Assembly: GCA_027492035.1 (NCBI GenBank)
Contig: JAOZFT010000004.1
Coordinates: forward strand, 448,001 to 512,000
Length of the DNA stretch: 64,000 nucleotides
Direction: 5' to 3'
Source: Thermoproteota archaeon
GTDB lineage: Archaea > Korarchaeota > JAOZGF01 > JAOZFZ01
Part shown: positions 39,190 through 48,207 of the stretch, one piece after another
Layout: each line of letters begins with the position of its first letter
Position numbering within the stretch: position 1 is the first letter of the stretch
Program-made: the position numbers and the translations under genes
Notes under the pieces: model-generated
The model's database searches: none
What the model saw: only the letters and a program-made list of their open reading frames with translations
Told to the model about the DNA's origin: nothing

Positions 39190-40098
39190 ATGCTCTCAAG
39201 CATGGAAAAAAATGTAAGAGAAATACAGGAAAAATACGGTGTTGTAGGAAGAAGTAAAGAATTGAAAGCTGCACTGCTTACTATCCTGAAAGGGAAACAT
39301 TTATTAATAGAGGGAGATGTAGGGGTTGGTAAAACCACTCTCGCAATGGCTATTTCAAACTACTTAAAAAGGCCTCTCTACAGGATTGACGCTTCAGAAG
39401 TTTTCGATTCAACAAAATTAATTGGGTGGTTTGATCCTCCCCTCGTTCTAAAGAAGGGATACTGCTGGGAAAGCTTTATTAAAGGCCCCTTAACTGAAGC
39501 AATGCTTAAAGGAGGCATCCTTTTCATAAATGAAATAAATAGGTTACCTGAGGATACCCAAAATGTTTTATTGCCTGTGATGGATGAAAAGAAACTGGTT
39601 ATTCCTAAACTTGGAGATATTGAATCCAAGAAAGGCTTTGTAGTGGTTGCTACACAAAACCCTGAAGCCTATATCGGAGCTACTTTGATAGGGGAGGCTT
39701 TAAAGGATAGGTTTGTTTGGTTAAAGCTTAATTACCAAAGTGAAGATGAGGAGGTGGAAATAGTTAAACAGAAAGTAAGTAAACAAGGCGAGCCATTCAA
39801 TGAGGAAGTGGTAAGAACAGCTGTACGGATAGTTAGAAAAACAAGGGAACATAAAGGCATTGAAAGAGGTTCTTCAATTAGAGGAGCTATAGACTTAGCT
39901 GAAATAGTTCTTGATGAATTCAAGAATGGACCGTTAACCATCGATCAATGGGTGGAAGCAAGCGTAATGGCTTTGTCAACCAAAATCGAAATAAAGGAGT
40001 CCTTGAACAAGTCTGCCGCTGACTTAATAAAAGAAATCGTGTTGGATGAATTAGGGCTTAAGAAACAAGAAACCCGTTTTTTATGGAAAAACCCTTAA
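39190..40098 (+). CDS. MoxR-family AAA+ ATPase
   Basis: HLLIEGDVGVGKTT, LFINEINR, ATQNP, ALKDRF, SIRG. Confidence 0.9.
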   Translation: MLSSMEKNVREIQEKYGVVGRSKELKAALLTILKGKHLLIEGDVGVGKTTLAMAISNYLKRPLYRIDASEVFDSTKLIGWFDPPLVLKKGYCWESFIKGPLTEAMLKGGILFINEINRLPEDTQNVLLPVMDEKKLVIPKLGDIESKKGFVVVATQNPEAYIGATLIGEALKDRFVWLKLNYQSEDEEVEIVKQKVSKQGEPFNEEVVRTAVRIVRKTREHKGIERGSSIRGAIDLAEIVLDEFKNGPLTIDQWVEASVMALSTKIEIKESLNKSAADLIKEIVLDELGLKKQETRFLWKNP

Positions 40099-41129
40099 AG
40101 AAAACTGTAGAGGAAGAAGTCTCGACCCGTAACTATTTAGGTTCAGTACTGGAAACAAAAAGTTTATTGCAAGAAAGTGTGTTATCAAGTACCTCCTTTC
40201 CAAGGCTAAATTTCAGTGAAGCAAAGGAACTAGCTGAAAACTATCTGAAAAATCTGGAGATAAAGAACCTTATAGAAGTGACAAAGCTTAATATGTTTGC
40301 AGTGTCAAAGATTTTTGAGGAAGATGCTTCATTCACCTTCCTGGAGAAAGAAGCTGAAAAAGGAAACTTAGACATAGTTACTCTCTTCTTACTTTTAAGG
40401 AGTGAATTAAGGGGTGACTTGCTTGAAAAATTCAGAAACATAGCTGTTAAAACAGTGATCCAAGGTTCTTTTAAAGTTTTGTGCAAAGAAAGAGGTAAAA
40501 TAAAGAAAAATGTTAAATACAAGCCAGGCAAAACAGATTTTGATGAAGAGAAAACGCTAGAGAATGCATTAGTTAAGGAAGTGTTAGGTTACGAAGACAT
40601 AGTGGGCTTAGATAAAAGGAAGAAAATAAGTGGCGGAGTTGTTCTCTTGGATGTAAGCGGCTCTATGCATGGAAACAAAATAGTTAACGCTGCCTTAATA
40701 GCTTCTGTAGTAACCCATCAACTTAAATCAAGTGAATTAGGGCTTGTTGTTTTCAGTGAAAAAAGCGAAGTTGTTAAGGGGGTGAAAGAGAAAAAGCCCC
40801 TAATCAAAATTATCTCTGAAATTTTAAGTTTGAAACCTATAGGTTACACTAACATAGAAAATGTACTCTTAACCGGTCTAGTTGAACTTAGTAAGATTAA
40901 AAAAAGAGATAAGTGGGGCCTTTTAATCACTGATGGGCTTTATAACCGAGGAAAGCCTCCTTACAGCGTTGCGAAACAATACCCTAAGCTCCACGTAATT
41001 TACACTCATGGTAAACAAGACTGGGGAAGAAAAACATGTATACGCTTGGCAAACTTAGGCAAAGGAAAATTTGCGTCAGTAACTAAAACCAACGAAATAG
41101 TTAAAGAAATAAGGAAAATGTTTAAGTAA
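40083..41129 (+). CDS. von Willebrand factor A domain protein (MoxR partner)
   Basis: MIDAS LLDVSGSM, G.TN, LITDG; overlaps the MoxR gene. Confidence 0.88.
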   Translation: MEKPLKKTVEEEVSTRNYLGSVLETKSLLQESVLSSTSFPRLNFSEAKELAENYLKNLEIKNLIEVTKLNMFAVSKIFEEDASFTFLEKEAEKGNLDIVTLFLLLRSELRGDLLEKFRNIAVKTVIQGSFKVLCKERGKIKKNVKYKPGKTDFDEEKTLENALVKEVLGYEDIVGLDKRKKISGGVVLLDVSGSMHGNKIVNAALIASVVTHQLKSSELGLVVFSEKSEVVKGVKEKKPLIKIISEILSLKPIGYTNIENVLLTGLVELSKIKKRDKWGLLITDGLYNRGKPPYSVAKQYPKLHVIYTHGKQDWGRKTCIRLANLGKGKFASVTKTNEIVKEIRKMFK

Positions 41130-41147
41130 TTATTCCTCCTAGCCTCA

Positions 41148-42263
41148 CTAAAACTTTTTCAGAAAATTTTTGACTTTTTCTGCGATGAAGAGAACCTGCT
41201 CCTTTGAAACTTCAGGATGTACAGGCAACTGCAAAATTCTTGAAGAGACATTTACTGTGTTTTTTAATTCCTTAGGAATCTTAGATCTTTTTTTAAAGAA
41301 ATCAATTGTGTGAAGGGGTTTCTCATAATATTTGCCTACCCCTACCCCCTCTCCTCTTAACTTTTTAAAGAGGAAATCTCTTAATCGGTTATCTTTAACT
41401 TTTAGGGTGTAAAGGTACCATGCGTGAGAAATATAGCTTGGAACAAAGGGAACATCAAGAGCTTCGGTTTCTTCCAACTCTTCAGTAAAAAGTGAAGCGT
41501 TTTCTCTTCTGCGACTTAATATTTTAGGGAGTTTAAGTGTTTGTACATAACCTAAAGCTGCAGATAACTCACTTAAATGGTAATTATGACCGATCATTAC
41601 AGTTAAATAAGGTTCCTTTTCTCCATGGGACCTAATCATTTTTATCTTCTCAAAATATTCTTCACGGTTGGTAATACACATTCCTCCTTCGCCGCAAGTA
41701 ATATTTTTTGTTGCATAGAAACTGAAGCATTCGATGTCTGCAGTATTGCCTATTTTAACCCCCCTATACTCTGCTCCATGGGCCTGTGCAGCATCTCCAA
41801 TAACTACTAAATTATTTTCTTCAGCAAATTCCCTTATTTCATTCATTTCAGATGGTAAACCATAAAGATGGACTGGTATAACAGCCTTAGTTTTCTTTGT
41901 AACAAGTTCTTTAAGTTGTGAAGGGTCTATACAGTAGGTTTTGGGGTTGATATCTGCAAAGATGGGCGTAGCACCGGTAAGGAGCACCGCCTCAGCTGTA
42001 GCTGAAAAAGTAAAGGATGGCACAATTACTTCGTCTCCTCTCTTGATTCCTGCACTTAACAAAGCTGCGTGAAGGGCTGATGTTCCTGAATTCAATGCAA
42101 CAGCGTATTTTGCTCCCACAAACTTTCTAAAAGCCTCCTCAAATTTTTGGACATAAGGGCCGCTTCCTGTTTTATGTGTTAATATTTTGCTTTCGAGGAC
42201 TTTAATTACTTCCTTCTTTTCTTCATCTCCTATGACGGGAATGTTTATGGGTATCTCTTTCAC
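41148..42263 (-). CDS. DegT/DnrJ/EryC1/StrS PLP-dependent sugar aminotransferase (WbpE-like)
   Basis: NSGTSALH, PVHLYG, DAAQAHGA, SFYATKNI.CGEGG. Confidence 0.93.
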   Translation of the reverse strand: MKEIPINIPVIGDEEKKEVIKVLESKILTHKTGSGPYVQKFEEAFRKFVGAKYAVALNSGTSALHAALLSAGIKRGDEVIVPSFTFSATAEAVLLTGATPIFADINPKTYCIDPSQLKELVTKKTKAVIPVHLYGLPSEMNEIREFAEENNLVVIGDAAQAHGAEYRGVKIGNTADIECFSFYATKNITCGEGGMCITNREEYFEKIKMIRSHGEKEPYLTVMIGHNYHLSELSAALGYVQTLKLPKILSRRRENASLFTEELEETEALDVPFVPSYISHAWYLYTLKVKDNRLRDFLFKKLRGEGVGVGKYYEKPLHTIDFFKKRSKIPKELKNTVNVSSRILQLPVHPEVSKEQVLFIAEKVKNFLKKF

Positions 42264-42313
42264 TTTTTCCCACTCCTTCCTGGAAGATTTAAGGGAGGAT
42301 GGTATCCACCTAT

Positions 42314-43375
42314 TTAAAAGTATTCCTTAATTATTTCTGAAACAAGAGGGACTGCATCTTCTAATTTGTTAAGAAAGCCATATAAGTTGTTCTTTCCTTT
42401 TCTAATCCTAGGTTCTAAATTTAAGTTATTTTCATCAATTTCCATATAGCCCCAAACAGGAAGACCTGTTTTTCTTAATGAACTAAGTAAGGGGCCCCTT
42501 TCTCTATTTAGTGTAAGGAATACTGCTACTTTGTTAAGTATGGCTGATTCTAAACAGATTTTGAAATCGACGCTTAGAACCAAATCAGAAGAAATTAATT
42601 GTTTTAAATAATCTCTTCTTTTAATGTAAGAAAGTGTTGTGTTTTTTCCTTTAAAAATTGGAAGAAGAATTTCAGTTCCTTTTCTGGGGTAAATATTAAT
42701 TTTTAACTTTCTTGGGTTGATCTTTACCTGAAGGAAATGGAAAAGTTTACTGTAAAGGAAATAAGGAAATGAATTTTTTCCTGTTAAAGGAAAGAGAGGG
42801 TTGTGGAAGAGAGATACTTCAAAGTAATCATTTTCAAGTTGGGTAGGTAGTAATTCAGCAGAAACCAAGTTCCTTAATTCCCTTTTTAGCCAAGATACTT
42901 CGTAAAGCCCTTTGAAACAAGCTGTTTTGTTCAAATAGATCCCTAAATGTTTGTCGAGAGGAGAGAAAATGCTTTTCACTAGATGGTCAGCTAGTGAAAG
43001 AGAAATTTGGGTGAACGGTTTCCCATTAATTTGGTAAGGTATTAACCCAACGACGGGTTTAGATAACCCTGAAGCACATCTGAAAGCTGAAGGTGAAAGG
43101 AAAGAGACATGAATAACATCTCCTTCAAGTTCCTTCTTGATGGATTCGTAAAGATTAATTACTCTACTGGTGAAAAGGGCGAGTTCATTTTGGCCTGTTG
43201 AAATCTGTTTACCAACTACCTTAAAAAATATTCCGCTCCTAGACAGTTCTTCTTTCACTTCTTTTGTATCTACAGCTGTCACAACTAAATTAAAACCCTC
43301 CTTTTTCAGTTTCGAGTAAAGGGTACTTATAAAACCTACGTGGTAAGGGTTAGTTACATCAAACCAAATGAACAT
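42314..43375 (-). CDS. DUF354-like (GT-B-related) protein, divergent
   Basis: N-terminal IWFDVTNPYHV.F pattern typical of DUF354; late ESAIL motif. Confidence 0.6.
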   Translation of the reverse strand: MFIWFDVTNPYHVGFISTLYSKLKKEGFNLVVTAVDTKEVKEELSRSGIFFKVVGKQISTGQNELALFTSRVINLYESIKKELEGDVIHVSFLSPSAFRCASGLSKPVVGLIPYQINGKPFTQISLSLADHLVKSIFSPLDKHLGIYLNKTACFKGLYEVSWLKRELRNLVSAELLPTQLENDYFEVSLFHNPLFPLTGKNSFPYFLYSKLFHFLQVKINPRKLKINIYPRKGTEILLPIFKGKNTTLSYIKRRDYLKQLISSDLVLSVDFKICLESAILNKVAVFLTLNRERGPLLSSLRKTGLPVWGYMEIDENNLNLEPRIRKGKNNLYGFLNKLEDAVPLVSEIIKEYF

Positions 43376-43384
43376 AGGAAAACG

Positions 43385-43975
43385 TTACCTCTTCCCTAAC
43401 CTTGAAATTGTGTAGTCAAAAGTTTTGATGTTTAGTTCTAAATTTTCGCCCTTAAACATTTCCTTCATCGTCTCCTTTAAAGAGTCTTCACCTAAAGGTA
43501 AAAACTTAAATGCAGTAGCAGCAGCCACTAGAGCTACATTGGCTGATACGCTACTACCTGCCTCCTTAGCCATCTTTGTTGCATCAATAACTTCCATTCT
43601 CTCAAATTTATTCCTCAAATACTTCAAAACAGTCTCTGAACTCATTTCAATTTTGCTTAATGGAGGTTTAAGGAAGAAGTTGTTTAGGACTGCGTAGCAG
43701 TCATTATTTAGAACCCTGTAAGAGTACCTCAACGCTTCAAACAATTCCAAGGCTAAATAAAGACTGTTTCTATGAAAAGGAATTATTGGGCTTAAAATTT
43801 CCTCTCCAAACCTTACTTCAGCAATCACCGATCCCCCCCTTTGAGCCATCCCATGTATTTCACCTATCAGGGCTTTGCTGAAACCTTGCTTCAGAGCAGT
43901 TCGAGCAAGTAACTGTGCAGTTGTCAAAACACCCATCCCTCCAACTCCTACAACTAATACGTTATACTCCTTCAT
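43385..43975 (-). CDS. iorB: Indolepyruvate:ferredoxin oxidoreductase beta subunit
   Basis: GVGGMGV, EIHGMAQRGGSV, EALRY; follows iorA. Confidence 0.93.
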   Translation of the reverse strand: MKEYNVLVVGVGGMGVLTTAQLLARTALKQGFSKALIGEIHGMAQRGGSVIAEVRFGEEILSPIIPFHRNSLYLALELFEALRYSYRVLNNDCYAVLNNFFLKPPLSKIEMSSETVLKYLRNKFERMEVIDATKMAKEAGSSVSANVALVAAATAFKFLPLGEDSLKETMKEMFKGENLELNIKTFDYTISRLGKR

Positions 43976-43987
43976 TCCTTAACCCCT

Positions 43988-45853
43988 TTAACCCTTAACT
44001 CGTTTCCTAACTTCTTTTATAGCGTCAAAAGGACAAACTTGGGCACATAAACTACATCCGCGACATAGATTACCCAAAATGAAAACTCTTCCATTTTTTA
44101 AAGTTAATGCAGGGCATCCTAGTGAATTTATACAAATCTGGCAACCTGTACATTTATCGGTAACCTCAAAAATTTTTGAAACAGGCCTTATTAAGGCGCA
44201 TTTCTGCCTGAAAACAATTAAAGCTGGCCCCTCCCCCTTCCTTTTGAGTAACTCCTTCACTAATTTTATGCTTCGATTTATTTCATAAGGATCAACCGTA
44301 ACAAAAGGAATGCCTAATGCTTCAGCTATAAATTCAGGAGTTAATACTTTCGTGGTTTCACCCCGAGCGGTTTTGCCTGTGCCTGGATTGACTTGGTGCC
44401 CAGTCATTGCTGTGGTTAAATTGTCAAGTACAACCACGAGCACATCATGTTTATTATAAACTGCGTTAACCAACTCAGGAAGACCTGCATGCCAAAAAGT
44501 AGAGTCACCAATGAAGGCTACAGCTTTAGAACCTGTTTTAGCAATTCCTGAAGCTGCACCTATGCTTGAACCCATGCAGTAAAGTATGTCCGCCATTTTA
44601 AAAGGTTCATTCATACCTAAACTGTAACATCCTATATCTGAAGACCAAATGGTTTTAGGGGGGAGAAGTCTCTTTATTATGTGATAACTTCCCATGTGTG
44701 GACATCCAGGGCATAAAACAGGAGGCCTGTTAGGTACTATGCTTCTAACCTCCTCCATACTTTCCCTCATTTTTGCCAAATCTATTTCTTTTCCCAGATT
44801 CAAGGCTGCACTTAAACCATTTAATACATACACTACATTTAACTCTGAAACTCGAGGAAAGAATCCCTCATTTTTACCGACTATTTCAGTTCCTAACTTG
44901 TTTCTTTGTGCAATAGCTCTTATTTGTGTCTCTAAAATAGGTTCAAGCTCTTCCACTATCACTACCTTGTCTTTATTTTTCAGAAAATCAACTATCTTTC
45001 TCTCTGGAAGTGGATGAGTCATTCCAAGCTTTAAGACAGGTATTTCAACGTCTAAGTTTTTTAACGCCTCCAAAGTATAAGAGTAAGCTGCTCCACAAGC
45101 AACTACGCCGTAAATGTTTTCCTTATTACTTTCTACAAAGTTGAAAATTGATTTTTCAGAAAGTTCCTTTGCTTCAGACATTTTCTTAAGTAAAATTTTA
45201 TGTCTTCCTCTTGCTACAGCTGGGACAGGAACAAACCTTGTTGGGTTCTTAACAAATTTTTTTGTAGGGATGTTTTCGATTCCCCCCAGAAACACCACTC
45301 CTCTTGTGTGAGAAACCCTTGTCGTAGATCTTACCAACACCGGTACTTCTAGTTTTTCCGAGATACTAAACGCTTCTTTAGTCATGTCCTTTGCCTCTTG
45401 GGGGTTACTTGGTTCAAGCAATGGTAAATTAGCTAAGTAAGCATAAAAACGATTATCCTGCTCGTTTTGAGAAGACCAACAGTTTGGGTCGTCGCAAGTT
45501 ATCACCACAAAACCTGAAGTGACACCTATATAAGCTGAAGTCATTAAAGCATCGGAAGCAACGTTTAATCCCACATGTTTCATGAAGGTTGCTGATCTAT
45601 AGCCTGCAGCAGCAGCTGAAGCAGCTACTTCAAAAGCTACTTTTTCATTTACAGAAAATTCGAAATAGTACGGTTTATCATATAATCTTGAAGTGACAGC
45701 TAAAGTGTTTCCGATCTCACTTGAAGGGGTGCCTGGGTAAGTAGTCACTATTTGGGCATCGGCTTCTATTATCCCCCTGGCTATTGCTTCATTCCCCAAA
45801 AGAAAAAGTTTCTCTCCTTTCTCCCCTAAAGCTATCCTTTCATATAGGTTCAT
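43988..45853 (-). CDS. iorA: Indolepyruvate:ferredoxin oxidoreductase alpha subunit
   Basis: LGNEAIARG, YPGTPSSE, MKHVGLNVA.D, SSQNEQD.R, CPGCPH, TPP motif GDSTF, C-terminal 2x[4Fe-4S] motifs. Confidence 0.95.
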   Translation of the reverse strand: MNLYERIALGEKGEKLFLLGNEAIARGIIEADAQIVTTYPGTPSSEIGNTLAVTSRLYDKPYYFEFSVNEKVAFEVAASAAAAGYRSATFMKHVGLNVASDALMTSAYIGVTSGFVVITCDDPNCWSSQNEQDNRFYAYLANLPLLEPSNPQEAKDMTKEAFSISEKLEVPVLVRSTTRVSHTRGVVFLGGIENIPTKKFVKNPTRFVPVPAVARGRHKILLKKMSEAKELSEKSIFNFVESNKENIYGVVACGAAYSYTLEALKNLDVEIPVLKLGMTHPLPERKIVDFLKNKDKVVIVEELEPILETQIRAIAQRNKLGTEIVGKNEGFFPRVSELNVVYVLNGLSAALNLGKEIDLAKMRESMEEVRSIVPNRPPVLCPGCPHMGSYHIIKRLLPPKTIWSSDIGCYSLGMNEPFKMADILYCMGSSIGAASGIAKTGSKAVAFIGDSTFWHAGLPELVNAVYNKHDVLVVVLDNLTTAMTGHQVNPGTGKTARGETTKVLTPEFIAEALGIPFVTVDPYEINRSIKLVKELLKRKGEGPALIVFRQKCALIRPVSKIFEVTDKCTGCQICINSLGCPALTLKNGRVFILGNLCRGCSLCAQVCPFDAIKEVRKRVKG

Positions 45854-46047
45854 GAAACATCAGCCTTCCTTTTTTACTTTAAACTTTTCTTCTTAAAGTA
45901 TTTAAGTTCCTGTTAAATTTATTTTAAAACAAGAATCTTAACCTTTAGTTATTGCCCTTTTCTTAGTTATCCTCCCCTCCAAATTTTTCTTTTTAAAAAC
46001 ATGGGAAGGGAAAGTAAAAAGTTAAGTTTAAAGGTTGGAAGAAGGAA

Positions 46048-46638
46048 TTGAACCCAACTAACCCGTCAAACAAGGAGTATAGGATTCTGATTACGGGCAC
46101 ACCCGGTACAGGTAAGTCCACAGTTTCTAAACTTTTAGCTTCAAAACTGAAAGTCAAGTATATAAACATAAATGATTTAGCTGAAAAAAATAACTGGTTC
46201 CTAGGTTTTGATGAAGAGAGAAAATCAAAGATTTTGGATGTTGAAAAAATCTCAAATTACCTTTCCCAGGTAAGTGGCAGTTTAGTTATTGACACCCATG
46301 TTCCTGAAGCAGCTCCAAAAAACATAACTCATGTTTTTGTTCTCAGAAAACACCCTAAGCTTCTGTTTGAAGCTTTGAAAAAGAAAAAGTTTCCTGAAAA
46401 GAAAATATTAGAAAATGTGGAAGCTGAAATAATAGATTCATGCTTAACTTCTTCCATTGAGAGGTTTAGTGAAGAAAAAATTTATCAATTAAATGTAACC
46501 AATCTAACACCAAAAGAAACAGTTAAAGAGATTATTTTGATTCTGAAAGGAGGGATGAAAAAGGGAAATATAGTCATTGATTGGGTAAGGGAGTTAGAAG
46601 AGAAAGGAGAAATAGAGAAGTACTTAAGTTTCAAGTGA
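46048..46638 (+). CDS. AK6/Fap7-type atypical adenylate kinase/ATPase
   Basis: ILITGTPGTGKST, hhhDTH Walker B, KILENVEAEI. Confidence 0.85.
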   Translation: MNPTNPSNKEYRILITGTPGTGKSTVSKLLASKLKVKYININDLAEKNNWFLGFDEERKSKILDVEKISNYLSQVSGSLVIDTHVPEAAPKNITHVFVLRKHPKLLFEALKKKKFPEKKILENVEAEIIDSCLTSSIERFSEEKIYQLNVTNLTPKETVKEIILILKGGMKKGNIVIDWVRELEEKGEIEKYLSFK

Positions 46639-46644
46639 TTTTTT

Positions 46645-47226
46645 ATGAAAGAAAGGAATATTTTTCTGGGAATAACAGGGGCAAGTGGAGTAATTTACGG
46701 AGTTAACATCTTGAAGGAACTGCACAAAAAGGGTTGCAAAACTTACTTGTCTATTTCCGAATGGGGGAAAGAATTGTTGAAATATGAAACAGGGTTGACA
46801 ATAGAAGAACTGAAAAAGTTTTCCCACCAATATTTTGAAAACAAGAATTTAGCGGCACCTGTTTCAAGTGGTTCCTTCAAGTTAGAGGCTGTAATTGTAG
46901 CTCCTTGCTCAATGGCTACTTTGGCTGAAATTGCTTCAGGTTACTCAAAAAGCTTAATAGGTAGAGTGGCTGATGTAGCCTTGAAAGAGGGGAGGAAACT
47001 CATTCTTGTTCCAAGAGAAACTCCCTTAAACGCCATTCATCTTCAAAATATGTTGAAACTTTCTAAATTGGGGGCAGTAATTTTAGTTGCTTCTCCAGCT
47101 TTTTATCATAAACCATCTGAGATCCAAGATCTGGTTAATTTTATTGTAGGGAAGGTGTTAGACCAATTGGATATTAAGAATGACTTATTTAAAAGATGGT
47201 ATGGATCCCGCTGCTCCATAAAGTAA
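46645..47226 (+). CDS. ubiX: Flavin prenyltransferase UbiX
   Basis: GITGASG, SSGSF, APCSM.TL, LKEGRKLILVPRETP, PAFYHKP. Confidence 0.95.
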   Translation: MKERNIFLGITGASGVIYGVNILKELHKKGCKTYLSISEWGKELLKYETGLTIEELKKFSHQYFENKNLAAPVSSGSFKLEAVIVAPCSMATLAEIASGYSKSLIGRVADVALKEGRKLILVPRETPLNAIHLQNMLKLSKLGAVILVASPAFYHKPSEIQDLVNFIVGKVLDQLDIKNDLFKRWYGSRCSIK

Positions 47227-47361
47227 ACTTAACTCAATATATATTTCCCTTAACTTCCCCTTTCACAGGTAAAAGCTGTTTTTCGAAAAGCATTTAAAAA
47301 TGAGGTCATGTCTTTTCTCTAACTCATCTTCCTAATCTATTAATTGTTGAGGTGTTCTTAA

Positions 47362-48195
47362 GTGAATAAAAAGTTTGTTTCAGCTGAAAAACCAGAAACT
47401 GTTGAAAGGATGCAGTACCACATTTCAGTAAAGCCGGGAGAAATTGCAAGGTATGTACTCCTCCCTGGAGACCCTGAAAGAGTTGAAAAAATAATTAAAC
47501 TATGGGATCAAAACAGGTTCGTGGCTAAACATAGAGAATATTTAACTTATACTGGAACTTTTAAAGGAGCTCCTATATCAGTTACTTCAACAGGAATAGG
47601 TTCTCCTGCCGCTGCAATAGCTGTTGAAGAACTAGCTAATGTGGGAGCTGACACGTTCATTAGGGTAGGAAGCACAGGTGTAATTCGTAAAGAAATAAAT
47701 ATTGGGGACCTAGTAATTACTACTGCAGCTATTAGGCTTGAAGGTACCACTAAGCAATATGTTTTTCCAGAGTATCCAGCAACTGCTCATTATGAAGTGG
47801 TTTTAGCCCTCATTGAAGCAGCTGAATCATTAGGTTACAGGTATTTTGTAGGAGTAACAGCTACAACTGATTCCTTCTACCCTGGACAAGCTAGGCCGGG
47901 TTTCAAAAATTACTTCCCAAGCATGGCAGCTTCCCTGCTTTCAGATTTAATGAAGGCTAATGTTATAAATTTCGAAATGGAGGCTTCCTCCATATTTACA
48001 TTGGCAAGTATCTACGGGTTAAGGGCTGGGGCAGTTTGTGCCGTTTATGCGAACCGGGTTACCAATGAATTCGGTGTTGAAGGAGAGAAAGAGGCGGCTG
48101 AAACAGCTTCTACAGCTGTAAAAATACTTTATGAATGGGATCAATTAAAAGAGGAAAAGGGGAAGAAACATTTCTTCCCTTCTCTACTTAAATAG
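47362..48195 (+). CDS. udp: Uridine phosphorylase / NP-I family nucleoside phosphorylase
   Basis: QYHI, LPGDPERV, HREY, STGIG.P...IAVEEL, IRVGSTG, FY.GQ.R, EMEAS. Confidence 0.88.
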   Translation: MNKKFVSAEKPETVERMQYHISVKPGEIARYVLLPGDPERVEKIIKLWDQNRFVAKHREYLTYTGTFKGAPISVTSTGIGSPAAAIAVEELANVGADTFIRVGSTGVIRKEINIGDLVITTAAIRLEGTTKQYVFPEYPATAHYEVVLALIEAAESLGYRYFVGVTATTDSFYPGQARPGFKNYFPSMAASLLSDLMKANVINFEMEASSIFTLASIYGLRAGAVCAVYANRVTNEFGVEGEKEAAETASTAVKILYEWDQLKEEKGKKHFFPSLLK

Positions 48196-48207
48196 CTGCC
48201 TATAAGG

